From Podarcis erhardii (taxonomy: Eukaryota), in the NCBI GenBank assembly GCA_964252035.1, contig OZ176202.1: a stretch of DNA of 64,000 nucleotides, one strand, 5' to 3'. The notes beneath the pieces were generated by a model that did not search any database, was not told the origin of the DNA, and saw only the letters and a list, made by a program, of their open reading frames with translations. Positions 46,906 to 58,730 of this stretch are shown piece after piece. The translations under genes and the position numbers were made by a program. Every line of letters begins with the position of its first letter. The stretch's first letter is position 1.

Positions 46906-47589
46906 TAAGACCTAAAACTAGAGTTGACACTCAATTTCCACCTAAAGCAACATTTCAAGGCAAATTTAGAGGTTCCTACCTGGGAGAAATTGCATTGAAA
47001 TGTTCTGAGGCACACACAGAAAATGATTTCTGTAAGACCAGCCAGGGATGCCAACGGGCTTTTCTGGGCCTGATTCACTGCATCCATCCCACACAGTCTA
47101 TAGGCAAGAACTGCCACTTATGTTCATGTATTAACTTAGCCTAGCTTACCTCTCAGGGCAGTTGATATTATTTAATTGATTTCTTGCTTATCCTTCACTG
47201 TAAGGTCCCCCTAAGGTGGGTTACAACAATATAAAATTCATTATTTAAAATGGTTTGATAACAATTGCCTGTTGAGATCAAGCAGGTGCCTTTGCAGCAC
47301 CTGCTAAAAACATTCTTGTTTAGCCAAGCCTATCCAGATGATAATATACCCAGCCTTGAGCTCCTAAGTGGGAAAGCAAGATGCAGATATACAGTGCCAC
47401 TCATGATAACCCACTTGTTTTAAATGCAGCATTTCATAGTTCTGATATTTACAGAACATCAGAAGAGCCCTGAAGCCAAAGACCCATTTGGTCCAGCATC
47501 TTGTTCTCAGAGTGGCTTACTCAGGACCTGAGTGCAACAACCCACTAGTGGTTCCCATCAACTGGTATTCAGAGGCAGTATGCATCCAT

Positions 47590-48171
47590 CAGGGATATGA
47601 GAATAAGTCAGCTTTGGTTTCTCTCAATTTTTCAATTTTTCCAATCCAGTTCAGAGCTCCACATTTCGACATCCGCTTGTGATTTTCTTTTTAAGTCCTC
47701 GTGAAAAGTCAACAGCATTTTAGTGCAGATTTCACCTAATATGCGCATATTTTGCAAAGCAATTTCCCCTTATATAATGCATTTGTAATGCTAGTTTCTC
47801 AAGACAGTGGAACCTCAGTTGTTGAACGCTTCAAAAGCCAAACAATTTGGAACCCAAACACCGACAACCTGGAAGTGAATGCTTCCGTTTTCGAACATGC
47901 CTCGACAATTTGCTGACCGACAATTGCACCTTGGTTGTCGAATGTTTCAGAAGTTGAACAGTCCTCCAGAACAGATTACGTCCGACAACCGAGGTTCCAC
48001 TGTATATGCATTTTTGTAGAATTACTTGTCTGGAGAATTGCACTGCAAATTTTGCCAATGTGGATTTCAAAAGAGGGACACATTTGGCTTCACATCTAGT
48101 TTCAGAAAGCACAAATCGGGTAGGTTGCCTTTAAATATGAACCGAATCGAACTTCTCCTCCTCCATCCCTA
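47590..48171 (-). mobile_element. hAT-Ac-like MITE nested in a CR1-like fragment and hosting a Tigger-like MITE
   Basis: Ends CAGGGATATG / CCATCCCTA; CR1-like sequence at 47455-47589 resumes at 48172-48290. Confidence 0.75.
47805..48002. mobile_element. Second Tigger-like MITE family
   Basis: TIRs CAGTGGAACCTCAGTTGT / ACAACCGAGGTTCCACTG; right flank TA, left flank GA. Confidence 0.85.
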
Positions 48172-50101
48172 GTAGCCAATGAAAGCCCTATCTTCCATAA
48201 ATTTGTCTAACGCTCTTTTAAAGACCTCCAAGTTGGTGGCCATCACTACGTCTTGTGGGAGCAAAGGCCATAGTTTCCAAACCCATAGTCCTAAACTCTT
48301 GGGGTTTAAACTTGTAGCCATAGCAACATAAGAGGAACCTGCTGGATCAGGCCAATGGCCTATTTAGCCCAGCTTTGCAGACAGACCAAAGGCAAAAATT
48401 GCCATTTCAGTTTGAGAGCACATCCACCAACAGTCGTGAAACCTTGAAAAAGCATTAAGCAGGCCATCCTGACCAGCAGCCCAACTCAAGTTTCCTGACT
48501 TAAACAAGGAAGTTCTCATAAGCAGAAGGAGGGCTAAGCTCTTCCACAGGCAATATTTCAAAAGCCCAGCTACTACTGAGTAAATAAATGTGTGGAGCAG
48601 ATACAATAAACATTTTCTTCTGTTCTGAAATCAGATCTGCAGATCCCTTTTGTGCTTGGCAGTCTGTAATTACAGGATATGTTAAATTTTCTTTATAGCT
48701 AGCCCTGATGGCTCTTAAGTGACCGCACCGCCCAGTACAGCACCCCTCTCTGGTCTGCTACCATTTGTAATGAAAGCCAGATGTTTCCTTCAAGCTAATA
48801 ATCAATACAGCACTCGTCCCAAGTCAAGTAGGGCTAAACATTTGCTTAGAGATGCCATGTAAAAGCAGTGATAAGCAGAGGCGCTCCACCGAGTGTTTCT
48901 TCAGACACTGCTCCAGCGTGAGATAAACCATCCGCACAGTAAATGGGAAGAGGGAGGGGTGGGTGGGAGGGTATTTTTCAAGTCTTGAAATGAAACTGAC
49001 ACAACTGAAAGTAATGGAGTTCCTGCCGCCACCCAGATCCGTCTCCTACCTTCTGGTGAAGACCTTTCCATTTCCCATGAAGAAGGTGGGGATGGCAAGG
49101 AGGAGTGAAGGCTACCTTTTCCACCCCATAATGAATCAGCCCCTGGATGCAGCGATAAGCATTTGCTGTGTCAGGAACTCTGGGAATTTTTGCTCCTTGA
49201 GGGGTCTCCTAACAACTCTCAGCGCCCTCAACCAACTGCAGATAATTGAGGGCATTGTGGTGTGGTGACAGAGCCAGCCTGCTGTTCCTGTTGCCACACC
49301 AGCTCCGTGGCATCACCACACTGAGCTCCTTGTGCCCCTCCCCTCTGCCCTCAGGAACCTCATGGCTTCTTCCAAAGAATCATGGGAAATGTAGTTTGTT
49401 AAGGTGCCAGAACTTGTAGCTCTGTGAGGAGTAGACTACAGTTCTCAGGATTATGGGCCGAAGTCAGGTGCTTTAGATGTGACCCAAACTACCTTTAATT
49501 GCACTAGGCCCCAATAGATTTGCTCTATTTTCCCTCCCCTTTCATAGTGATGTGAATGCAACATGGCATAGATCCCATTTTTCCCTCAGTCCTGCAATAA
49601 TGCTTCAAATTTTGCATACAGGAGGAGGGGAATGTGGTCAGACTGCAAACTGGATTTCACCATTTATTCTGGCCATTGAATTTGATTCTTCCCATTAATG
49701 GACTTGGACTTTTATTGCAACAGAACTCTCCTTGTCAGCAGCCAATGTTGCTCCAGATTTAACTGCTACTTCCTGTCATCCTTGTCCAGTAACCTTTATG
49801 ATCTTTCTTTGGCAACTCCCATATTCATAAGAGGTTGGAGACCAGAATCTATTTCCTGTTTGATATTTCCTTACACTCCTCGCTTGAATGAATAGCTTAG
49901 ATGACTTTAGCAGAAATAGACTTCCAAGTGACCGGATTATGACCAATGAAGACAATCCAGACTTCAGGAAATAATAAGTGCTCCACTAGAAACAGGCCCA
50001 AGTCCATAGGCGCCGACTCCATGGGGCCTGAGGGGGCCCGAGCCCCCTCAAAAATTCGTTTGGGGGGGCTCTGCCCCCCCAATAATTTAAGAAAATTATT
50101 A

Positions 50102-50180
50102 CCGTAAATTTCGCTCTATAACACGCAGATTTTTTCTCCTAAAAAGTAAGGGGAAATGTCTGTGCGTGTTATTGAGCGAA
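50102..50180 (+). mobile_element. Left arm of a Tc2-like element inside the hAT
   Basis: TA plus CCGTAAATTTCGCTCTATAACACGCA; 50136-50172 identical to 18390-18426; right TIR not found. Confidence 0.8.
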
Positions 50181-50665
50181 TGTGTGGTCCCTGGAGCTGA
50201 CTCGCCGGAGTGCAGGGGCAAAAATAGGCAAAAATCAGGCAAAAATAAGATCGGGCGGGCGGGCGGAGGGAAGGCGGAAGCTGCTGCTTTCCTGCATTCT
50301 GCCTCAGGGTCTTACTGCCCACCCGCTTCTGTTGCTGCGTTTGCTCAAACTCAACAAAGAGCAGGGAATCCCCTGCCCTCCTGGCAAGCAGAGGGTTAAG
50401 GAAAGGATCGAGTCCTTCCTTCTAATTCTTTCCTAGTCACACTGCGTGCAGGCTCCAGCCCACCACCTCCTCCTCTCCGTGCTCTAGGGACTCGCAGGTG
50501 GGAGAGAGAGAGAGAGGGCTGGCTTGGGGGGGGGGACTTTTGCCTTCCTTTCCTCCCCCCCCCCCACCCCGTTAAACTCCTCCCCTGCATTCTTAGCCAG
50601 CTGCTTCTCTGCACACCCCTCTTGTGCTTCTTGTCCCTTCTGTGTTTTTCCTTCCCTCCCCATTT

Positions 50666-51196
50666 AAAACGTGGTGACAAAGCACGGATCCACATGGATC
50701 CTCAGGATTTTTGCATTGGGTCACCCCAAATTCACCATCAGATCACATTACATGTTCATGGCTACAGTCTGTACCAAAAAAATCACGCACCCACTGTTGC
50801 CTGGGGCTGCAATGGTGCAAAAACGTGGTTACAAAGCATGGATCCACAGGATCTTTGCACTGGGTCACCCCAAATTCACCATCAGATCACATAGCATGTC
50901 CATGGCTACAGCCTGCACCAAAAAAATCACGCACCCACTGTGGCCTGGGGCCACAATGGTGCAAAAACGTGGTTACAAAGCATGGATCCACATGGATCCT
51001 CAGGATTTTTGCATTGGGTCACCCCAAATTCACCATCAGATCACATAGCATGTCCATGGCTACATCTTGCACCAAAAAAATCACGCACCCACTGTTGCCT
51101 AGGGTCACAGTGGTGCAAAAACGTGGTTACAAAGCATGGATCCACATGGATCCTCAGGATTTTTGCACTGGGCTACTCCAAACTCACTGTCAGATA
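50666..51196 (+). repeat. Tandem array with 154-bp period (154, 144, 154 and about 79 bp partial)
   Basis: Units start AAAACGTGGT at 50666, 50820, 50964 and 51118; unit 2 lacks the 10-mer TGGATCCTCA. Confidence 0.95.
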
Positions 51197-52346
51197 TTAA
51201 AAATCTTTATAAAATAGAGAATTAAATACATACAGAATGTTAAATTTTCAGTTTCGAAATATTAGTACTAGTTTAGTACTGTATTTCTATATTACTATAG
51301 TACTGTATTAGTTATTTTCAAATACTTATATATTTTTAGGGTGTAAGACCCAATTAAAGCCCGTTATTTACATACAGTATCACAGTATTTACATACAGTA
51401 TTAGGCATACTGTATTAACTTTATTAACTGTATTAAAGCATTAACTTTGAGACATTATTTTTATTTAATGAACCCTCAGCCTTATTCAAAGTAAGCTTAA
51501 ATTAGCTATTTCACTTATTAATCAAAGTGCTATTACTGTGCGACAGCAATATTTTATGTTTTATTCTTTTAATGATAGTTTAGGATTTATTTAAATATCA
51601 TTTCAGTCTTTTCAGAGCTATATATTCACTGCTCTGTAATAGTCTATAAGCATAATTGTTACTGTAAATTAAATTAGCTTTTTACGAAAATACCGTGCGT
51701 GTTTATGTTTTGTTTCTTTTTTCAAAGCCAAAAAGTGTTTCAGGCTTGTCGAGTTTCCCGGAGTATGGAGTTATAGAGAGTCGAGTTTTCGGGGTTCTAA
51801 TGTTGATCATATGACTCTAAAATACTTTTAAAAAACTTTAAAACTCACTAATTTTCATCTAAAATTTAGAAAACTTCCCGGGGCAGGACCCCGGTATGGG
51901 CCCCCCCAATATTTTTTATAAGTCGGCGCCCCTGCCCAAGTCCCCTCTAGTCCAACACTCTGCTCTCAAAGTGACCAATCAGATGCCCAAAGAAGAGCCT
52001 CAGCGCAACAGCACTAAGCTCACCTGCGATTCACAGTAAATAGTCTTCAGAAGTATACTGCCTCCAGCAGTGAATGTAGGCGATAGGAGCTGTTGAGAGT
52101 CTCACTCTCCAGGAATTTGACTAACCCAAGCTGGTAGCCATCACTGCCTCTTGTGGAGGCCAGGCAGGCTCCCACCGCAGGGAGAACATTCCACACGGCT
52201 TTTCAGCACTACTCTTCAGGAGGAGCACAACACCATTACTATGCTCTTGATTAACCCAGTTAGGCCAAACTGGGTTTCCCAACAGATATATTATTACAAC
52301 TGAGCCACTTCTATACTCTGTTCTCTTGGTGGGGGGGGGAGGGAGG

Positions 52347-52350
<4 letters not shown>

Positions 52351-52400
<50 letters not shown>
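52351..52400. repeat. (GA)25 microsatellite preceded by a G-rich run
   Basis: Read directly. Confidence 0.95.
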
Positions 52401-52404
<4 letters not shown>

Positions 52405-54397
52405 GGGAACATATTGTACACACTTCTATTCTTAGATCAATATGGCATAACTTCCTAGTGAAAACATTTTTTAAAAGCTCGTTTTAAGATCACTGCACAG
52501 AAAGGACTTTCACAGCAGATTTATAGTTATTTAATTGCTTTGACTTAAATGGAGTTACTTTGGATACCCACCGGGCCATTAATGAAAAGGCATTTTGACT
52601 TCAAGCACTCCACTGTTATTTCTTCTCTGAACGTTCCTAAGAAACACTGCTTGGAGGATACAAACACCCCAAAGAATGTCTTACTGTGCAATATTATGTG
52701 TGTCTACTCACAAGTAATCCAGTTGATTTCATTAGGTCTGACTTTCAGGAGTAGAATTACAACCTTACTTTATTTGGGACATGGCCATGTGGCTAGTCAG
52801 GCGGCTGGTAAATATACCCAATGAAAGAGTTTGACATGCTCTTGCCTTGCCCCCACCCTGCTGCCTTTCGCCCCAAATTGGTGCACCTGAGCCTCTGACT
52901 CGGGGCCAACTGAAAGCTTTTTGGCACCTTCATAACATTATCATGAAATGTAATTAAAACAGTGGGGTTTTTCCTACTAAGGGCCTTCTCCACAACATTA
53001 ACTAGCTTGCAGCAGTTGTGACAGATAGGCCTTGGGTCCAACCCAACAACCAGTGAGATCTGTCAGTCAGAAAAGAGGGGGGGTTAATTTAATTTGGAGA
53101 TGGACAATTTACAGTTGAAAGGGGTCGTGTCTGAGAGAAAGGAGGAAGGGATTGCCTGTGGGTTAGTCAGGGACTTGGGTTTAAAGTAATGTTGCTGGAT
53201 CACAACTCCCATCATCCTTGACCGTTGGCCATATTGGCTGGGGTTGATGGGAGTTGGAGTCCAGCAAATTTCAAGGGCCTTCTTCCAGAAGAAGCAAGCC
53301 CTGGAATTTAAATATACACATTTACATGTTAAATGTAGTTTTGCAATCTGGCCCACACATGCTACTTATTTGATTACAAATTGTTATGTTTTGAAATGCT
53401 ACACAAACCATGGCTGTGCTGATTAGATTTAATAAAGGGTTTAAACATGGGGAAACAAATGCATATAAATGTGTTTAAACATGGGAAAATAAATGCATAT
53501 AAATGTGCCTGGCTGTGTGTTTTTTTTAGTTTTGATTGTCTGTTTTTTACCAAACTGTTTGCCAGCCTGGGCTCCTTTTGGGAGGAAGAGTGGGATATAA
53601 ATTTAATAACTACATAAATGGTTGCAATTTGGCACTAAGGAAGCATTTCTCACGGAGCATGGAATGTAATGGCCTTAAACACAAGGCAGTTCATAAGAAT
53701 ATTTTTTGGAACAACTCTTTGGAAGCACCTGACGGAGTTCTGGAAATGATAATGTTGTTCACTGGGAAGGAACTTGTTTCATTTCGAACTCAGCCTATAG
53801 ATGAAAGCACGATAACTTCAGAGATCTGTTGTATGTAATAGAGGGGAAAACACTTAGGGAATTGGGAGAGAGATGCACAACCTAATGCAGCAACTACACA
53901 GCAGATTGCTAAGGGGAGGGTGAGAGAACCATCTCCCAGTGAATACAACCAACTGGGTGTCTAAATGCTTCGTAAAATTTTATTGTGAAATGCACAGATG
54001 ATGAGTCCATCTGCAAAACATCAGGAGTGTTTATCATGATCTCCCAGAGAGTTCTGGGTGTGTTCCCCTTTGACACTATTTATGCAGGCTTAACTTAATA
54101 TGTGTTCAAAGGAGAAGCTAGAATTGTTTCAAGGTGCTCTCTGTGTGCGCGCACACGCACGCACGCACGCTTACATGTGTGTGGACAGCGTTTGTAGTTT
54201 ACGACGGCTTTCTCTGGCTTTCAAGATCAATGTGGAAATTAAGTTCCACACAAATTCAAAAATGGGTGAGCTTTCGGAATTTGAACTTGACTTTTAGAAT
54301 GCAAACTTGCATCTTAGCTAGTACTGGTGTGTTTGCACTCCTTAAATTCAGGTCTAAATGCTTTTTTCCTCAAATTCTTTAACAGCATCCATAATTC

Positions 54398-54746
54398 GGC
54401 CCAGTATACCTGAAGGAGCATCTCCACCCTCATCATTCTGCCCAGACACTGAGGTCCAGCTCCAAGGGCCTTCTGGCGGTTCCCTCACTGCAAGAAGTAA
54501 GGTTACAGGGTACCAGGCAGGGGGCCTTCTTGGTAGTGGTGCCCGCCCTGTGGAATGCCCTCCCATCAGATGTCAAGGAAATAAACAACTATCTGACTTT
54601 TAGAAGACATCTGAAGGCAGCCCTGTTTAGGGAAGTTTTAAATGTTTAAAGTTTTATTCTGTTTTTAGCCTTTGTTGGGAGATGCCCAGAGTGGCTGGGG
54701 AAATCCAGCCAGATGGGCGGGGTATAAATAATAAAAATATTTTAAA

Positions 54747-54782
<36 letters not shown>
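54398..54782 (+). mobile_element. L2 3' end with (TTA)n tail, same subfamily as 29103-29556
   Basis: High similarity to 29185-29556, including CCAGATGTCAAGGAAATAAACAACTA and GACTTTTAGAAGACATCTGAAGGCAGCCCTGTTTAG. Confidence 0.9.
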
Positions 54783-54934
54783 GTGTGTTTTTGCAAGCAG
54801 ACTTGAGCAAGGGATGAAACAGCAACCTATAAGCCCTTTAAGAACCAAGAAAAGTCAGAAGACAAAGGGATGAGTCCCCCTAGGTAATGATGCTGGCAGG
54901 GTAGGACTTTGAGGCAGAAACACTCTGGTGGTGC

Positions 54935-55649
54935 CAGGGATGGAGAATAAATTCAATTCAGTTTACATGTACAAGGGAATCTATCTAATTCATACATTCT
55001 GAAACATTATGCGAACTGAAACACAGCCATCCTTCAAAATTGACACTTTGGTGAATTTTGCAGTTCAGTTCTTCATCCAAGTAATAGGTACAAGAATGCA
55101 TCAAAGTGTGCATCAAACACATGGATTAGTGATAATAACATTTAAAATGCATTCTATAAGACAATATTACTTTCCTTTGCAAGAACATGTATATTAAGCA
55201 AAACTGCAAACAAAAAATGTGTATATTAGGAGAAATTCACACCAAAATGCTGGTGAATTTTCATGAGGACATTACAAACTGATGTAAGTTCTTAAGAATG
55301 TTTAGTCGTAATCTCCCTTCTTGTAACTTGAATCAATTGGTTAAGTTAGGGTTCTGGGGTTGGTTCTGGAGTTGGTTCTGGAGCAGCAGAAAATTAACTT
55401 GCTCCCATCATCCATGTGACAGCTCTTCAGATATTTGAATATGGGTATTGTGTCATCTTCCAGTCTTCTCCAGGCTAAACATATCCAGCTCCCTCAACCA
55501 CTCCTCATAAGGCTTGGTTACCAGACCCTTGATCATGTTGGTCGCCCTGCTCCGCACATGTTCCAGCTTGTCAACATCCTTCTTAAATTGTGGTGCCTAG
55601 AACACTGAAACAGAGAGAAACTGAAACTTGACAGATTCACCCATCCCTA
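54935..55649 (+). mobile_element. hAT-Ac-like MITE with a nested CR1 fragment
   Basis: TIRs CAGGGATGG / CCATCCCTA; TSD GGTGGTGC / GGTGGAGC (7/8); CR1 (minus) at about 55305-55605. Confidence 0.85.
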
Positions 55650-55759
55650 GGTGGAGCAGAGGTGGCTAGTGGGCTTCCCATGGTCAGCCCGAGTGTGAAT
55701 AGGATGCGGGACTAGATGGACATTTGATGTGATCCAGCAGGGATCTTCTTATATTGTTT

Positions 55760-56019
55760 GAGAGCCAGTGTGGTGTAGTGGTTAAGAGCGGTAGTCTCGT
55801 AATCTGGGGAACCGGGTTCGGGTCTCCGCTCCTCGACATGCAGCTGCTGGGTGACCTTGGGCCAGTCACACTTCTCTGAAGTCTCTCAGCCCCACTCACC
55901 TCACAGAGTGTTTGTTGTGGGGGAGGAAGGGAAAGGAGAATGTTAGCCGCTTTGAGACTCCTTAAAGGGAGTGAAAGGCGGGATATCAAATCCAAACTCT
56001 TCTTCTTCTTCTTCTTCTT
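55760..56019 (+). mobile_element. Squam3-like SINE, full length
   Basis: GAGAGCCAGTGTGGTGTAGTGGTTAAGAGCGG head and (CTT)n tail. Confidence 0.92.
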
Positions 56020-58659
56020 GTTATGTAGAGACATCATGAAGAGCTAGAAGGTTGGATGCTGCAAAACTACAGAAAACCTTCCATGTTCCCAAGGCAGGAC
56101 TAACATTTTAGTCAAAGTCCTATGCAAGCGCTTGGCTGTTATTAACAATTATTTTTATATTTTATATTTATTTGTTTTATATTTTAAGCAAAAGGAACTT
56201 GACAAAAGTTGCAGGGACAATGATCTGGAAATGAAGCCTTGATTACTTTCTGTTTCTCTGCCTTCCAAATGAACAGATTCGGACAGTTGCCTCCTGGCTA
56301 AGCTAAGCAAATAATCACCCTTTCGATTTGTCTCGCTACTTCCTAGAGATTTACAAGAGAGGGGGCTAAAGAGAGAGTTTCAGTTACTCTGTCATATACA
56401 TCAAATGATTTGACCATCAGTGTTATTTTAATGAAACTGTTTAAACAATGGCTTTGTGTGAGTCGCCCAGGATGAATAATAGGTGCAGAATGTAGCACTT
56501 CATATCTCAATCAAAGAAACAAAGGGTTTCCTTATGAATATTTTTAATGGATTTTAGTCTGACCTGTGAAGCTTTCTGCTCTTTATGTGTAATTGGGTTT
56601 TTTATTTATGAAGGAGTAATCTTTTATTTTTTAAAAAAGCAAAACTGGGAATAGAGTTTTAAGGCATCAAAAAAGAATCTGGGCATTATTATTATTTTAA
56701 TGTAAATGGGCATTCCTCACATTGACACCAGACTTCCATGATTGGCCCCACAAACATGGCTAACCCTCTGAGTCACTTGTCTCCAACAGGGATGGGGAAC
56801 CTATAGCCCTCCAGGTGTTATTGGACTCCAACACCCAACAGCCTCAGGCAACATGGTCAGTGCTCAGGGATGATGGGAGTTGTATTCCAGCAACGTCTGG
56901 AGGGCTAAAGAGTCCCTGACCCTGGCGTTCAATAAGGGTTAAACATTATCCCAAAGGGGGGGATGGCAGGTTCCTAAGGATCCGCTTTGTCTCTTTCATG
57001 GGGGAGGAAAGACAACAAAGTGGATCCACCCTCAGTTAAAATACTGATCGAATGTTCAACTGTTTCAAACCTCTTTCTCAACAATTTCCATTAGCACAGC
57101 CCATCAGCCTTATTCACAGGCTGTCTTTCCTTGAATTTGCCTGTTCTCAAGTCATCTGTAACATAAAGTGAAGTTGACAATTAAATTAACAAAGCATACA
57201 AGACATTAATGAGCTCTCTGACAGGCTAACAGCTAACAAGTTAATTAATGGAACCTTGCCTCCATTAACACGGAAATGTGTGCCACAACATTTAAGGACT
57301 GTTGAAGATATTTCTTTCATTTTTATTACGGTATTACCCTTGTCAGTGTTACTTACAAACAGTAATATCCGCTTCACATCAGTTAAAAAACAGTTAACAG
57401 AAGGTTCTCCCAGACTTTATGAACACGGTGTTTTCAGCATGAAAATTGTAATTTGGCATGCTTGTTCTCAGTGAAAAGAAACACTGATGTGGGTCTTAAG
57501 GCACAATTCTTAAGACTGGCATCAATATAAATCAAGTACCTCTACAAGCAGCTAAGCAACAGCACAGGTAAGCAATTCATTCACATTTACACTTCTCTGC
57601 TTAAGGAGTCTTCAGCGGCTACATGATTAGACAAAGAATTCTATAGAGGGAACTCCAAGTTGTTGTTTTTATTGGTGTTCATCCTCTTTATCTTAATGCA
57701 ACTGAGGATGAATAAAGCAAGTCGTTAGTCATTTTTGGGACACTATCGGCAGGAGCCATAGTCCCCCAAAATTATTTCCAGATGCAAAAGCTCTTCCATA
57801 TCAAACGTAGCATCTGCTCATTCCTCCAACTCGTATCATTTTGTTTATTGCACAGGCACTTGCACCAGTTTGTCCAGGCAATAGATAGTTTGCCCACACA
57901 GAGTAGCTGCCCAATATGGACAAGCGTTCTCCAAATGCGACTGCCACACTTGGGGCAACAGTTCAAAGCCAAAGCATTGCCTTTCATTGAACTTATATAA
58001 GCAGTGGGTGCCACAGACTAACCCATGTGGATGCCACATGTGGGAGATTATGAGATAGAGGCACCATCATTTGGTGTTTATTTGTTTTTTTAAAAAAATG
58101 TATGTACTGCCCACTACCTTGATGATATAAAACATCAAGGTAGTGTAGTGCATAGCAAAATATGCAAGTTCATCTTGAAGAACAAATTAAACAATGGCCT
58201 AAAGGACTGCCAGCCTAAAAAACGTCAAGAGGTGTCTGGAAGTTAACAGCAAGGATGTCTGTCAAATCTCTGCAAGAAGAGTATTCCACAGCATGGGATT
58301 AGTTACCCTAAATTCCAGGCTTTTTTCAGAAGCCTGTTGAACCTCCAGCATAGAGTACAACCAACTGTGCTGCTCTGGATGATCACAGTAGTCAAGTAGT
58401 CATAGACCACAAACACACAGGTGATCCTTAAGATATCCTAGACCCAAGTGGGATAGCTCTTTTTCAGTCTGTGTATTATTTCAGAAAAATCAAACTAGGC
58501 AGGTTGTCATTTAAGTGTGAACTGAATTGAATCCCCCAGCCATCCCTAAATGCCTGTTCCACTTGTCCTTCTATATTACCTGGAGCCACAAAACTTTTCC
58601 CCACGTGTTATTCCTCACACACATCACCTTGTTTAGCTCAAGATTATTGCTTCCACTGC

Positions 58660-58730
58660 CATCTCTCTCTCTCTCCCTCCCTCTCTCTCCCTCTCTCTCT
58701 CTCTCTCTCTCATCTTTCTCTCTCCCCTCA
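58660..58730. repeat. Imperfect (TC)n polypyrimidine tract
   Basis: Read directly. Confidence 0.9.

Larger units (their letters stand above)
50005..51934. mobile_element. Composite non-autonomous hAT transposon, 1,930 bp
   Basis: TIRs CATAGGCGCCGACT / AGTCGGCGCCCCTG (12/14); perfect 8-bp TSD CCCAAGTC at 49997-50004 and 51935-51942; no transposase ORF. Confidence 0.92.

Noticed and set aside
50622-51217. Tandem array as a CRISPR array or as a repeat-protein gene (ORFs of 125 and 168 aa)
   Set aside because: Units are contiguous with no unique spacers and the context is eukaryotic. The 154-bp period is not a multiple of 3, so the ORFs drift between frames; they lie inside a transposon and resemble no known protein.
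55345-55385. Interstitial telomere-like sequence (GTTAGGGTT...)
   Set aside because: Only one TTAGGG unit; the rest is a different 12-bp tandem inside a CR1 fragment.
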